Source: Octopus bimaculoides
Taxonomy: Eukaryota
NCBI RefSeq assembly: GCF_001194135.2
Contig: NC_068985.1
Coordinates: 16,715,911 to 16,779,910, forward strand
DNA: 64,000 nucleotides
Reading direction: 5' to 3'
Under the pieces are notes generated by a model that saw only the letters and a list, made by a program, of their open reading frames with translations, was not told the origin of the DNA and searched no databases. This document shows positions 25,714 through 38,700 of this stretch, piece after piece (position 1 is the first letter of the stretch; each line of letters opens with the position of its first letter). Made by a program: the position numbers and the translations under genes.

Positions 25714-27734
25714 TTGTCGTGTCTGTAAGTTGTCTATCAGCCAACTGTCTGTTGACAAATTGTCTGTCTACCAGCACTCTAGCCATCATATGGTCTTCAT
25801 TATTGATCACATCAACTAAAAGAACAGTAAGCAATTAAGTTGTCACACAATTGTGACATGGTATGTGGTTAAGAAGCTTGTTTTGAAACTATATGGTTTC
25901 AGGTTCAATCCCATTGTGTGACACCTTGCACAAATGCTTTCTACTATAGCCAAGGCTGACAAATGCTTTTGTGTCTGAATTTGGCAAACAGATACTGTGT
26001 GGAAGCCCACTGTACACACACATACACACACACACACATGTGAGTGAGTGTAGTGTGGTTTTGTTTACATCCCTGCAACTTAGCGGTTTGGCAAAAGAGA
26101 CCAATAGATTATGTCTGATTTCATTCTAAAACTAGAGTAATACAAAAGTTCAACCAATCATTAATTGGAACATTAATTAAAGAAAATAAAAACCTAGCAA
26201 CTGGTTTAGTTTCTAATTTTGAAAGTTGTTAATGAGTTTACACTTACATTTAAAAGTGCAGGTATGGGTGTATGGTTAAGTAGTTCCAGTTTATATCACA
26301 CATGTGGCACTTTGGGAAAGTGTCTTCGACTATAGTCTGGGTTTGATCGAAACTTTGTGAGTGGATTTGTAGATGGAAATTGGAAGAAGTCTGGTGTGTG
26401 TGTGTGTGTTTGTGGATGGGTCTCCTTGTACTGCTGTTAACAAGTGTCACCATTATACAAGCAGTCATTTGGTTCAAGTCTTCCTTGCAAACATGTCCAG
26501 TCAAGGGAATATATTACTGTACTTGGAAACAGGTGAGGGTTGGTAACAAGAAAGGCATCTAGCCACAGGAAATTTGCTTCAATGAATCCCACCTGACCCA
26601 TGTAAATAGGGAAAAGTGATAACAATGATATTATCTTTAATTAGATAAATTATTCTTATGCTGCTGAATTTTAAAATAATAATTGCTATAACATTAAATA
26701 TTAAAATTAAGGTTAAATTTACTGACATCTGTCTAAAATAGAATTTATTAATGAAAAATATGTTGTATTAAAATTTAATTGCTTTTCAGTAAAAGCAAAA
26801 AATTGCTGAGTAATTTCAGCTTTTTAATTTTTTTAAGGGAAAAAAAATCAAGCAAAAAAAATAGTTCAAATAAATATTTAATTAAATGAATAAAACAAAA
26901 ACAAAATCCTAGTCTTTAATCATCTTTTTACTGCAATTCAAATTTCCTACCAGCTTTGTGGATCATGTTAAAACTGACTTCCTCCTTTGCAAAGTGCCTC
27001 TCAAATTAGAGATATAACTTTATATGGGTTGACATCCTTTCAAGAAGAGGTAGTCATATTCAATAAAGACTCTGTTAACACCAAGTTGAATTACTTGTAC
27101 AGGGTGTAAACTAGTACTCTTGTGTTCCTCTGTATATCCTATCATGATACAAGTGGTAGCTTAGAATGTCTGATAAAAGACTGAAAAATATTTCCATGGA
27201 GTGAGCCAAAATGAACAAAATACTAATTCCCTTTTAACTTAGAATAGAGAAATAGCGAAGTAAAGGACAGAATAAACTGCTGAAAAATTGAACAAAAAAC
27301 CCTCCACTTGATTGACAATTCACTGGTTGTAAGTTGTATTGTTTTAGCTACACTGGCTGCTTCATTTTCATGTTCCTATACGCACATGGCATAATATATT
27401 ATCATCATCATTTAATGTCCCTTTTGCCATACTGGCATGGGTTGAATGGTTTTACATGAATTGATGAGCTCGAGGGCTGTGGCAAACTCCAATACTTGCT
27501 TTGGCATGGTTTCTACACCAACCACTTCCCAGACTGTACAGGGTGCTTTTTTTTTTTTTACAAGACATCAGCACTGGTGGTGTCACCAAGTACTGACATG
27601 AGAAAACCCTCAAGTAAGTGGAATATAGTACTGAGGGATATGGAAGTATGGTACAAGGACAGAAGTAGGTGTTTTGTTGAAAAGATGAATACACAGCTTC
27701 TACATCTGGAGTGAAGAGGGAGAGAATGATATAC

Positions 27735-27768
<34 letters not shown>

Positions 27769-28342
27769 GGGGGGGGAAACAGACAGACAAAGTCAGCAAC
27801 AGAGAGAGAAACAGACAGTGAAAGAGAGAGAGAATGTGAAATCAAGGTACAAGGTGAATATGAGAGATAGAATAGGGATAGAGGTATAGAAAAGGTGAGT
27901 GAGTTGGTAAATGCACTAGAGGGGAAAGATTGTAACAGAGATTTAGAGGTAGGGATTGAGGTGTAGCAGTGAATATTGATTTGGGGGAGGAGAAGTGAAA
28001 GAAAGGAAATGGGAGTGAGTCATGTGATTTGTTGAGAAATTGAGAGAAGTAATGAAATGAAGTGTAAGCTTCAAATAAATATGTAAAATCTACCCTTCAG
28101 TCTTATGGAAGACTCTAGAGCCAGTGTCACAATGAAATGCACCTAGTACTCTCTGTTAAAATGGTTGCTGTTAGAAAGAGCAACCAGCTGTAGAAATCAT
28201 GCCAAGAAGAGCAGTGACTTCATAAATGAACTGGCTCAGGCAGAGATGATTCCTCCAACCTATGGAGAGAGGATATATAATGGCGATGATGATAACTCAC
28301 TGAGTAGTTTTTATTCCCGTTTGTACACTTGAACACAAATAT

Positions 28343-28505
28343 ATCATCATCATCATCGTTTAACGTCCGCTTTCCATGCTAGCATGGGTTGGACGATTTG
28401 ACTGAGGACTGGTGAAACCGGATGGCAACACCAGGCTCCAGTCTGATTTGGCAGAGTTTCTACAGCTGGATGCCCTTCCTAACGCCAACCACTCAGAGAG
28501 TGTAG
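28343..28505 (-). mobile_element. Family C 3' portion, reverse orientation
   Basis: atcatcatcgtttaacgtccgctttccatgctagcatggg...ggatgcccttcctaacgccaaccac. Confidence 0.92.
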
Positions 28506-28507
28506 GG

Positions 28508-28544
<37 letters not shown>

Positions 28545-28549
28545 TATAC

Positions 28550-28950
28550 TACTGACTGGCACTCGTGCCAGTGGAATGTTAAAAGTACATCCGAGCATGA
28601 TTGTTGCCAGGGCCACAAATTGGCTCTTGTGCTGGCAACATGTGAAAAGCACCATTCGAGCATGATCGTTGCCATCGTCGCCTTACCAGCACATGAAAAA
28701 CAACATTCGAGTGTGGTCACTGCCAGTGCTGCCGGACTGGCTCTTGTGCAGATAACACATAAAAACACCTTTTGACTGTGGTCGTTGCCAGAACCACCTG
28801 ACTGGCCCTACATTCTCGGAGTGGTTAGCATTAGGAAGGGCATCTTTGCCACATCAGATTGAGCCTGGTGCAGCCTCTGGCTCACCAGTCCTCAGTCAAA
28901 CCGTCCAACTTATGCCAGCATGGAAAGCGGACGTTAAACGATGATGATGA
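28550..28950 (+). mobile_element. Family C with about 4-5 tandem units
   Basis: Repeated c(a)ttcgag..gttgccag..actggc units, then ggaagggcatc...ggaaagcggacgttaaacgatgatgat. Confidence 0.85.
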
Positions 28951-30208
28951 ATCTTATTTTTTCCGCAGTATTTAAGACAGCAAGCTGACAGAAACCATTA
29001 TTATTATTATTATTATGCTATTACATAAAAGTTAGTTAATAGAGATGTGATAATTCTCCTCAAATTTCAAGAATCTTTCTTAGGATTCTGGCAGAATATG
29101 GAATGGACTTTTCTGTATATCTCAATTCCTATATCCTTAAACCTCATAAGTAGCAGCTTGGTGTTGTGCCAAGAGCACCAATTACAATAGGACGATAATT
29201 GTCTCCTTTGCTTTCCACAATCTCTTCAACTTTTTGGCTGGTTCCTAACATTTCTCAGTTTTTTCAATGTCTTTTGCGTCTACTTGATTACCATATAGTA
29301 TTGAAAAGTCAATGATCTTACACTTCTTTTTTTTTCTGCAATCACATCTAATTTTTCTGCTTTAAAAGTATGGTCAGTCTTATGGAGAAATCCCATAAAA
29401 TCTGCAATTATTACTCTCCATCACAGCCTCTGGCTCTTGTTCATATTACTTTTCTCTTACTTTGAAGCCATACACTCAGCTAACACAGTGATGAGCTCGG
29501 TTCCAAACACAGTCATGCCTGCATTTGTATTCTTTTTGTGCTACCTTCTGCATTCATATAAGAGATGGTTGATACTTTCATATTCTTCTCTAGTGAGAGC
29601 ATTTGCTCTCTTACTGGGTCTTATCAATCTGTGTGTTAACTAAATTAATTCAAATAGCTTGATACTGAGTGACTAAAATTAGCAATTCAGTTTCTTGTTT
29701 CAGATTTCTATTTGTCATAGGAGAGAATTTACTACATGGATATTACAGAAATGAAGAAAGGAGCCTAAATCAGGTACTGGCAGAATTCTTAGTGCATTGG
29801 ACAAAATCTTAACAGTATTTCTAGCTCTTTATGTTCTGAGTTCAAATCTCACTGAGGTCAACTTTGATCCTTTCCTGGTCGATGAAGTAAAGTACCAATC
29901 ATATACTGGGGTTGATGTAAATGGCTTGTCCTCTCCCCCCAAAATTGCTGGCCTTGTGTCAAAATTATACAGAAATATTATTGTTGAGTGAGAGAGCAGT
30001 GCATGCCATCTCATCATGACTACCTGCCTGATAAGCATACATCAGGTACATGCAACACGTGACTTCACATCAAGATAAACATCACATGACCTTGCAGGTG
30101 GGGTCCAGTTGGAACTTTCTTCAGACCTAGTAGCCCATCCCACTCAAAACGTCCATATTTCCAGGGGTGAATTATTCAAATCCCAAAGAATCCCTCTTTG
30201 AACATGAA

Positions 30209-30427
30209 GGCGGCGAGCTGGCAGAAACGTTAGCATAACGGGCGAAATGCTTAGCGGTATTTCGTCTGCCGTTATGTTCCGAGTTCAAATTCCGCCGAGG
30301 TCGACTTTGCCTTTCATCCTTTCGGGGTCGATAAATTAAGTACCAGTTACGCACTGGGTCAATGTAATCGACTTAACCCCTTTGTTTGTCCTCTCTATGT
30401 TTAGCCCCTTGTGGGCAATAAAGAAAT
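30209..30427 (+). mobile_element. Best-preserved SINE family B copy (possibly Meta-domain SINE)
   Basis: ggcggcgagctggcagaaacgttagc..gagttcaaattccgccgaggtcgactttgcctttcatcctttcggggtcgataaattaagtacc; CpGs intact. Other copies at 4760, 19540, 29775, 30695, 34380, 35170(-), 35440. Confidence 0.92.
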
Positions 30428-30652
30428 TGAACATGGTTATGATGCTCCCCCACAACTCCTGCTTGTGATCAGCCACTGAGGGACATGCTCCACTTTTTAG
30501 GATCAAACAACTGACAAGCAGATCTGTGGTATTGAGCAGAATATTTGCTGTAGCCCATCTTTTATACCAAGACGAAACAATATACATGATAACACTTTCA
30601 ATCATTTATGATCAGAAGCCATGACAGCCACTGCCTGATATTGCATCAGGGC

Positions 30653-30692
<40 letters not shown>

Positions 30693-30939
30693 AAGGTGGC
30701 GAGCTGGCAGGATTGTTAGCACACCAGGTGAAATGCTTAGCAGTATTTTGTCTGTCACTACGTTCTGAGTTCAAATTCAGCCAAGGTCGAATTTGCCTTT
30801 CATCCTTTCAGGGGTCGATGAAATAAGTACCTGTGAAACACTAGGGTCCATGTAATCTAGTAGTCTCCTCTCCACCAAATTTCAGGCCTTTATACCTATA
30901 GTAGAAAGGATCATCATCATCATCATTATCATTCATGTA

Positions 30940-32404
30940 CACACAACAGATTAGACAGTTAGAAAAGAAAAATTCCTAATATTGGGTCACAAGTAACCTT
31001 AGATGCCAAGAACCCCACTAAGTATCCTAGCTGTCCCTAATAACACTGTTTTATGGAGCTGTACTAAACTAGGTTTTATGCCTATTTCCTCTATCCTTCT
31101 GTTCAAATTTTTAGGGATAGTTCCTAATGCACCTATAACTACTGGGATACATTTTACCTGCACTTTCCATAGCCCCTGTAATTCAACGGCTAGGTCTTGG
31201 TACTTTGATACTTTTTCTATACCTCTCATATTGATTTTTTCATTATTTGGGACTGTAAAGTCAATTATCTAGCACTTTCTATTCTCTTTATCTACTACTC
31301 CTAAATAAGACCTAGCTTCTATTACTGTGTCAGTCTGAATGTTAAAGTCCCATAACATCTTATATTTCTTACTTTCTAGTACTTTACTAGGTTCATGTTC
31401 ATACCACTTATCAGTATGGTCAAATCCTAGCTTTCTACATAACTCTCAGTGGATTACTCTCCCTAGGTTGTCATGTCTTTTCTTGTATTTTTTCCAGCAT
31501 GCTACATTCACTTACAATATGAGTAACACTTTCCTCTTTAGATTTGCATAACCTACACTGGGAATCTACTTGGTTTTTGTCTATCTTGGCTTTTATCCAA
31601 TTAGTCCTTAATGCTTGATCTCGTGCTACTACTAATAAACTTTTTGTCTCTATTTTCAGCCTTCCTTTCTGCAACCATAACCATGTCTCACTACCACTAT
31701 TTACTCCAACTATCTTTGGGAATCTACCATGCAAAGCCTTCTCCTGCAAGTCAAATAACTTTTGTTATTTTTCTGGTTTTTAACTTCGTTTGGTTTTTGG
31801 TTTCCCTATGTCTTGCTGTGACTCTGGCAGCTCTTAATAAACTTTCTTCACTATTACTATGTAGGAGTCTATATCTACCCTAGATAACTCCACACAGTCT
31901 TCTACTGGTACTAGCCCTCTTCCACTTTCTGTTCTTTGTACATATAATCTTGCTACTTCCTGCCCTTGGGTGGAGTCATTCAAGCGAGGTCGTTGCCAGT
32001 GCCACTGGACTGGCTCCTGTGCAGGTGGCACGTAAAATACACCATTTTGAGCATGGCCATTGCCAGTACTGCCTGATTGGCCTTCGTACCGGTGGCATGT
32101 AAAAGCACCCACTACACCCTCAGAGTGGTTGGCGTTAGGAAGGGCATCCAGCTGTAGAAACTCTGCCAAATCAGATTGGAGCCTGGTGTAGCCATCTGGT
32201 TCACCAGTCCTCAGTCAAATCGTCCAATCCATGCTAGCATGGAAGGCGGACATTAAACTACAACGATGATGATGATGATGATGATGTTAACTTCATTACT
32301 AAACTGAGCAGGATCGAACATAAGACAAATATCAAAGGGGAAAACAAGTCTCCTTGGAAAATTCCTCTCTTGATATTAATCTTCCTTAAGATTGTGTCAA
32401 TGGC
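30940..32404 (-). mobile_element. R4/Dong-clade RLE non-LTR retrotransposon fossil, interrupted by a family C insertion
   Basis: RT fragment RGIFQGDLFSPLIFVL; thumb-region RLYVQRTESGRGL; CCHC knuckle CRLCKSKEESVTHIVSEC; RHD motif; RLE tail EKVSKYQDLAVELQGLW..PVVIGALGTIPK; stops and frameshifts present. Confidence 0.85.
31977..32286 (+). mobile_element. Family C insertion nested in the RLE LINE
   Basis: Two units plus tail, near-identical to 14805-15095. Confidence 0.92.
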
Positions 32405-32429
32405 TATTATTATTATTATTATTATTATT

Positions 32430-33060
32430 TCATTTTCCATGTCATTCCTCCTCAGCCTATTTTTCATAGTGTTTTCTGCAAATGGTTTTGGAGCACCCAC
32501 CACCCACTGATAGTCATCTATTTCTGTGAGGCCTTCTAAGCATTTGAATGAATTTATAACATGGGTTCTCTTACTACCAACTTCTGTTCACTTGTTATTT
32601 ATGAAATCTTCCTTCTCTATCAGCTTGTCTATGATACAATTGCATTTCTTAAGTGCACCTATTGTTTGCACTGGATTCTTCACGTGCAATTTTTATCTAC
32701 TTTTTTCCTGCATATTAAGCATGAGTACTTCCTCTACAGGAATAACATTCCGTGATCTTTCTTTCCAAGTGAAACTATTATCTTTGCAAGGTTTACTTTG
32801 ACATTTCATGAATTTAGGCTTCAGGTTTACATTTGAAATTTCTTCTCTAAATCTTTGACTGAATCTGTAATGAGAATTAGGTCATTGGCACAAGGGAGTA
32901 CCCACAAATAGATAATCTTAAACTCCTCTTTTATGGGCTAGAAAATTATAATGAACAAAAGGGGGTTGAGAACAACTCTGATGGACACCTACCTGCATAC
33001 TAATTTCCATGCTGAAGTCTTTGCCAACTCTCACCTTGCAGACAGTATCTCTGTACACAG
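32430..33060 (-). mobile_element. RTE-type LINE RT fragment
   Basis: LYRDTVCKVRVGKDFSMEISMQVGVHQS (RT motif ..GVHQG) and downstream CLICRKK Cys-rich segment. Confidence 0.7.
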
Positions 33061-33500
33061 CTTGCATTTATACAAACACACACATGATTACATACATACA
33101 AAAATATAATGTTTATATAAGCTCCCAGCTACGGATCTTATATGAACTCTAATTATAACTATCAAAAATGATGAATAACATGAAGTAAATAGAATTTTAT
33201 ACTTGCAACATAGACATTACACTTATATAAATTTTCCTCCCTTCCAGTTACTTTTCACTTAATTAGGATGATATTACAACAAACATTTGTTTATTTTGTT
33301 TTAGTCATAGAGCTTGGACGTTTGGAAACCATATCACTCTCTCTCTTCTATTTCCAGTCTCCACCTGATAATTTTTCTTTGACTTAATCTTAATTTTTCC
33401 ATTCTTCTTACTCCCACTTTGTATTCCTTTTTATATTTATTTTCTTTTTGTATTCAATGTTATATTTAGTTATTATCTGCAAACTTGTCTTATTTTGCAG

Positions 33501-33556
33501 ATGTCAGTTTAATTGATGAAATGTTAACACAAATATGCCAGCATTATTTTATATAA
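33501..33556 (+). CDS. Candidate terminal coding exon (DVSLIDEMLTQICQHYFI*), unknown gene
   Basis: Strong acceptor gtcttattttgcag|; phase-1 open frame to TAA. Confidence 0.25.
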
Positions 33557-36124
33557 AATAGGTCTGGTGTTTCAACGTAGGATCTCATAGACAATATGGC
33601 TATATGTAGTACTGGATTCAAGATAAATAGCAATATCAGGGACTGAAAAAAAAAACCAACCCTTCAACGATTATTTTTTTTTCTACTTTTTAATTTGGAG
33701 GAGTTGTGCTCATGACTTTTGCAGTCTTTCAAAACCTGGTGCAATGAATACAGACATTCAAATAAAGATGATGAAGACAATGATTACAAGATTTTCTGGC
33801 GAGAAAGGGAAGGAGCAGTTATCTTTCAAGATCATTTTAGCCAAGGGAATTACTGCTAATCTTTGTTTATTTGTCATATATAAAATCTTTCTTCTCTGTC
33901 AGCCTGCTTTTAATACTGTTTCACTTCTTGTGTACATCCATTATTTACATTGGACTCACCAAATGGAATTCTCATCTACATCTTTTTTTTTTTTTGTTCC
34001 AACTAAAACTTTGTCTTCACCAGTGCTGCCTGACTGGCTCCCATGCTGGTGGCACATAAAAAGCACCATTCAAATGTGGTCCTTGCCAGTGCTGCCTGAC
34101 TGGCTCCCATGCTGGTGGCACATAAAAAGTACCATTCAAGCATGGTTGATGTCAGTACTGCCTGACTGGCCCTAGTGCCAGTGGCACATAAAAAACACCA
34201 CTACACTCTTGGAGTGGTTGGCATTTGGAAAGGCATCCAGTTGTAAAAACTTTGCCAGATAAGATTGAAGCCTGGTGCAGTCTTCTGGCTTGCCAGCCCT
34301 CAGTCAAACTGTCCAACCCATGCCAGCATGGAAAGTGAATGTTAAAACGACAATGATGAATCTTATTATTTTCCACAGAATCGTTAGCATGCCAGGCTTA
34401 TTTGTATTTCATCTGTCTTTATGTTCTGAGTTCAAATTCTGCCAAGGTCTACTTTGCCTTTGGGGTCAATAAAATAAGCACCAGTTGAGTTTTGGGGTTG
34501 ATGTAATCAACTTTGCCCCATCCCCTGAACTTGCTGGCATTATGCCAAATTTTGAAACCCTTTTATGTAGCCACGTCAATGAGTTGCACTGTTCTGTTTA
34601 TGAACTACTTGTTTATACAGTACCCATATTTCTGCAGAACCTCAATGATTCATGGGGTGAAGAGAGTAGTTAGCTTCACATCAGGGATCTAGTTTGAATA
34701 CTTGCAGCAGAGTAGATTCTGCTAAAGAAACAAACCTAAGAGCCAGTTGATGATATTAAATCTAGTGACTGATTGGACTACTGCCTTAAACGTCAATACA
34801 GAAAGTACACCTGTAATGAACAATTATAGGGTTGTTACAGCAAGATATTTTCAACCTGGTTAAGTGAGTTTTTTTAAACATTATCAGAAGTGGTTTGCCA
34901 GAAATCACAATAAAAAATAATTACTTATTCATTTGAAGGTAATGAAGCAACAGACATGATTGAACACAAACTAAGTGCATCAAAGCATTTAGATACTTCC
35001 TTTAATTTATGAGTTCAAATCACATTGGGTTGACTTTGCTTCTCTTTCCTCCATGGTTAATAAAATTCGTTGCAATGAAAAAGATTTTATGAATCTTAAT
35101 TGTTAATCAAAAGGCTCTTATCTACAGCACTAGTTTCAAATTCTAGTTAACCATTTTAAGATTAATAATTCTTTCTTCTATAGGCATGAAGCCTGACATT
35201 TTGGAGGAAGAGGGTTAGTTGGTTACATCAACTCCCAGAGCTCAACGGATACTTATTTCATTGACCTTGAAATAATGGAAGGCAAATTTGACTTTGGTGA
35301 AATTTGAACTCAGAATATAAAGACAGATGTATTGCTGCTAAGTTTTTGTCTTGTATGCTAATGATCTTGCCAGCACACAGCATTAATTTCAAGATTGATA
35401 ATATTTGAATAATTAAAAAAGTATGTAGGTTGTTTCAAGACAGCAAACTAGCAGAATCATTAGCACACTGAACAAAATGTTCAGTGGTACTTCTTCCAGC
35501 TTTATATTCTGAGTTCAAATTCTGTCAAGGCTGACTTTACCTTTCATCCTTTGGGGTTGATACAATAAGTACCAGTTAAACACAGGTTGGTGTAATCAAC
35601 TTACTCCCTCCCCTAAAATTCCTGGCTTTGTGCCAAGATCTGAAGCCATTATTATTTGTCTCAGGTGAATTCTTCAGTGGTGCCTTCAGTAGTCATCTTA
35701 CTAACCAACTTATGATATTTTTCTTTGCAACCATGTAATTTCAGGTTCAGTCTCACTGTGTGACACCTTGAGCAAATGCCTTCTACGATAACCTACAGTT
35801 GACCAACACTTTGTGAGTGAGTTTGGTAGAGAGAAACAATGTGAAAGCCCAATGTGTGTGTGTGTATATACATACATACATACATACACACACACACAAA
35901 CACATGTATTATGTGTGTCTCTGTCCCTCTCCACTGCTTGACAACCAGTGTTCGCTTGTTTATGTCCCCATAACTTAGTAGTTTGACAAAATAGACTGAT
36001 AGAATAAATACTAGAATCAAAAATACTGCAATCAATTTGTTCAACTAAATCCTAAAAGGTAGTGTCCTAACATGGTCACAGTCCAATGAGTGAAACAAGT
36101 AAAAGATATGTTGGTATAGGACTG

Positions 36125-36720
36125 CCTTTCTTTGATGTCTAACCAGTTAGAGACTCTCAGTGTCTCTTGCAGTGACAGGCCATTCATGGTTCAGCAGAAT
36201 ATTGCAGATATGGGCTTCAGTTTTTATGGTGTTTAGCTAATGACCAGCATTGAAATATTCCCTCTACATTCTGTTCAAGGGCTCCTATGCTTCTACATGG
36301 TCAGATTGCAGACTGATGCCATCTATGTGGTCCAGGTCTAATGGCACTACAGTAGAGAGCTGTCTAGACCTTTCAGATATAAATAACAAAGCCAAGTTTC
36401 TGTTCTTGTTCATTAATGGCAGTTTAAGTGTGCAATCCAGCACTATAATGAAGAGGAAGAGTGTCTCCTTGCAATACTCCTCTCCCACTAAGATGTCAAA
36501 CTTCTTCTTGTTGTCTAGCATTTCTACTTCGGTTCTTGTATCTATGTTCATGATTTCTATAAGTCAAAATATTCCATATTAGGTTGGAAGAGACACCATA
36601 AGTCTTAAATATTTTTATCATCAAGCCCCAGATATTGGGTCGAATGCCATTTTGAAATAAAAAAACAGCACCATTTTTTTGCTGTTCCTCTCCAATGAAT
36701 CTCCTTAAGGTAAACAAATT
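36125..36720 (-). mobile_element. RTE (BovB/Expander-like) LINE RT fragment
   Basis: FTLRRFIGE..MIKIFKTYGV; FDILVG..LFLFIIVLDCTL; DLDHIDGISLQSD, resembling DLDFADDIALLSD. Confidence 0.75.
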
Positions 36721-37329
36721 TTACAAATACACACACACATCTCATTAATCTATATGTACAAATATATATTGTAAAATGAAACTTTGTATTCTGTAAAACT
36801 CTCAGTCCACCATATCCAACACCCATTCCACTTTTTGACTTCTTACTAAAGTGCGAAACCAATTTTAAAAGTAGAATCCTTGTCAGGTTTTGAATTAGGA
36901 ATAAAGTATGATGAAACAAAATACTGTAATAATTTTGTACTTTTCTGTTGCCATTACCTACATCTATATTATTTTAAATACAAGTACTCTGGAGCTAAAA
37001 TATTCTAATTACATGTGTCTGCTGGCAGTCATGTATACCCCGCCTCCCCTCTCTAGTCAGCTTGCTACTGCTCACTGTTCCGTGTATGTGAGCTATGAGA
37101 GAGAGAGAGAGAGAGAGATGGTGATGATGATGATGTATTTTGTTATCTGCTGCAACTACCCCTTAAACTTGGGCTATATCTTTATCGTATTGTGTTCTTG
37201 AAATTGGACAACTATTAGATTATCTTTGAAAAATAATTTTTTAAAACATGATAGAAAGAGCAAGTAATCTCATACTGATCAATATAAAATAAAACTTAAT
37301 TCGTTAACTCTCCACCAAACAGTAATGGT

Positions 37330-37490
37330 GTGGATTAGGGCGTCACCCTATTAGTGGTATGCAAGGTGTTTCTGCATGAAAAGCGGTCGACTTACTAGTG
37401 TAATGTTTAATACTAACCAAATTCTTGTGAAGTACTGTTTGTTTCAGTTAACTACGATTAGAAGAAAGATCTCTGTACGCTTCGGTAGGT

Positions 37491-37533
<43 letters not shown>

Positions 37534-38700
37534 GAGATCGAAAGGAAAATACATTTCCACTCTACATAATAAAAACAAAAATGTCAACAACTACTTTCAA
37601 TAATAATGATCATAATGAAAGCATTAAATAATTCCAATTAAAATAGACGTCTTGTATAATAAACTTTCTTCTGGAAATTAAATAATAATTAGCTGCTACT
37701 GTAAGAATATTGACAAGTGCTGCTCAGAAAAACCACTCGACAATAAATAAATTCCTTTGAATAGCTTTGCCTGTTGGGTGAGTTCATAAAAACTAAGTTT
37801 GACTCACTGACGACGCCTTGCATGCAACCGGTTACACAATATGAGTGGCGCGTTAGCATCAGGCGATATAGCAGCAAGCCGCCTATTTACTCACAGGAGA
37901 CTTGATTTATTTCATAATCATTCACAAGCGAAATTTTTTTCGTAACGTTCAGAATACTTTTTCTTAATTATATATATTTATTCCATTAAAGTTTGTACTG
38001 GTAATTCTGTTTATTTTATTATTATTTCAAATTCTATAAATGTTTGATAAATTATTTTTAGAGATCGGTTAAGTTGCAACACACTTGTCTTCCTCTAAAT
38101 TCATATCGAACCTTTTTTCTTCCCCAATATTTTCTTTTCGTCAGTTATTTTATGTCTCACTAAGCCCTCCTTGTTGGTAACTTCAGCTTTTCCTGCCTAA
38201 ACCTTACTCCGCTCAAGTCACTTCAAAGTAAAACTGTATCAGTCCGCCTGAACTTCCGGAGGTAACTAAAGAGGGAGAGAAAAAGCGCAAATCTTTCTGT
38301 ATTTAAAACATCTACATACATTCAAAATAAAATTAAAGCATGAATTACTTGTATGCGATAATTAAATATTCATAGATTTTCATATTTCCATGTATGCATT
38401 GTTGGTATGTTTGAACTATATTTTGTCGCCATTTTCGGCGCAAGGTTTCCACTGAAGGTCATAGTCGTCATCACGCGGATAGGTTTTGAATTATGAGGTG
38501 ATAACGGAGCTTTCAAGTGGAGAATTAGGCAGCTTTTTTTTTTACTTTAACTAATTACAAATTCGATTCGTTTTAAGTTACGTGAACGTCTCTGATTTTA
38601 CTTAACAGCTCGATTAAGGAATACAAATAAGTGCAAATAACTTGAAATTTGGTTACCGAGCAAGGTAGGTGAAATGTACAATTTACTAGTTTTTTTTTTA
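37330..38700. promoter_or_regulatory. CpG-retaining promoter-like island, possibly bidirectional
   Basis: Visibly more CpG than the flanks; ACTTCCGG (ETS) at 38252-38259; CGCCATTTT (YY1-type) at 38427-38435; donor sites on both strands; few repeats. Confidence 0.55.
38609..38664 (+). other. Candidate 5' UTR exon
   Basis: ctgattttacttaacag| acceptor, CAAG|gtaggt donor; no ATG. Confidence 0.35.

Noticed and set aside
28550-28810. Regularly spaced palindromic units resembling a CRISPR array
   Set aside because: Whole units are homologous with no unique spacers; eukaryotic retroposon context; no cas genes.
29704-29773. Exon candidate RFLFVIGENLLHGYYRNEERSLNQ
   Set aside because: The apparent donor gtactg is the start of a family B SINE head, and the phase does not link to neighbouring candidates; unsupported.
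38380-38435. Minus-strand AAAATGGCG as a start codon (MATKYSSNIPTMHTWKYENL*)
   Set aside because: Only 20 codons with no donor site; better read as a YY1-type promoter motif.
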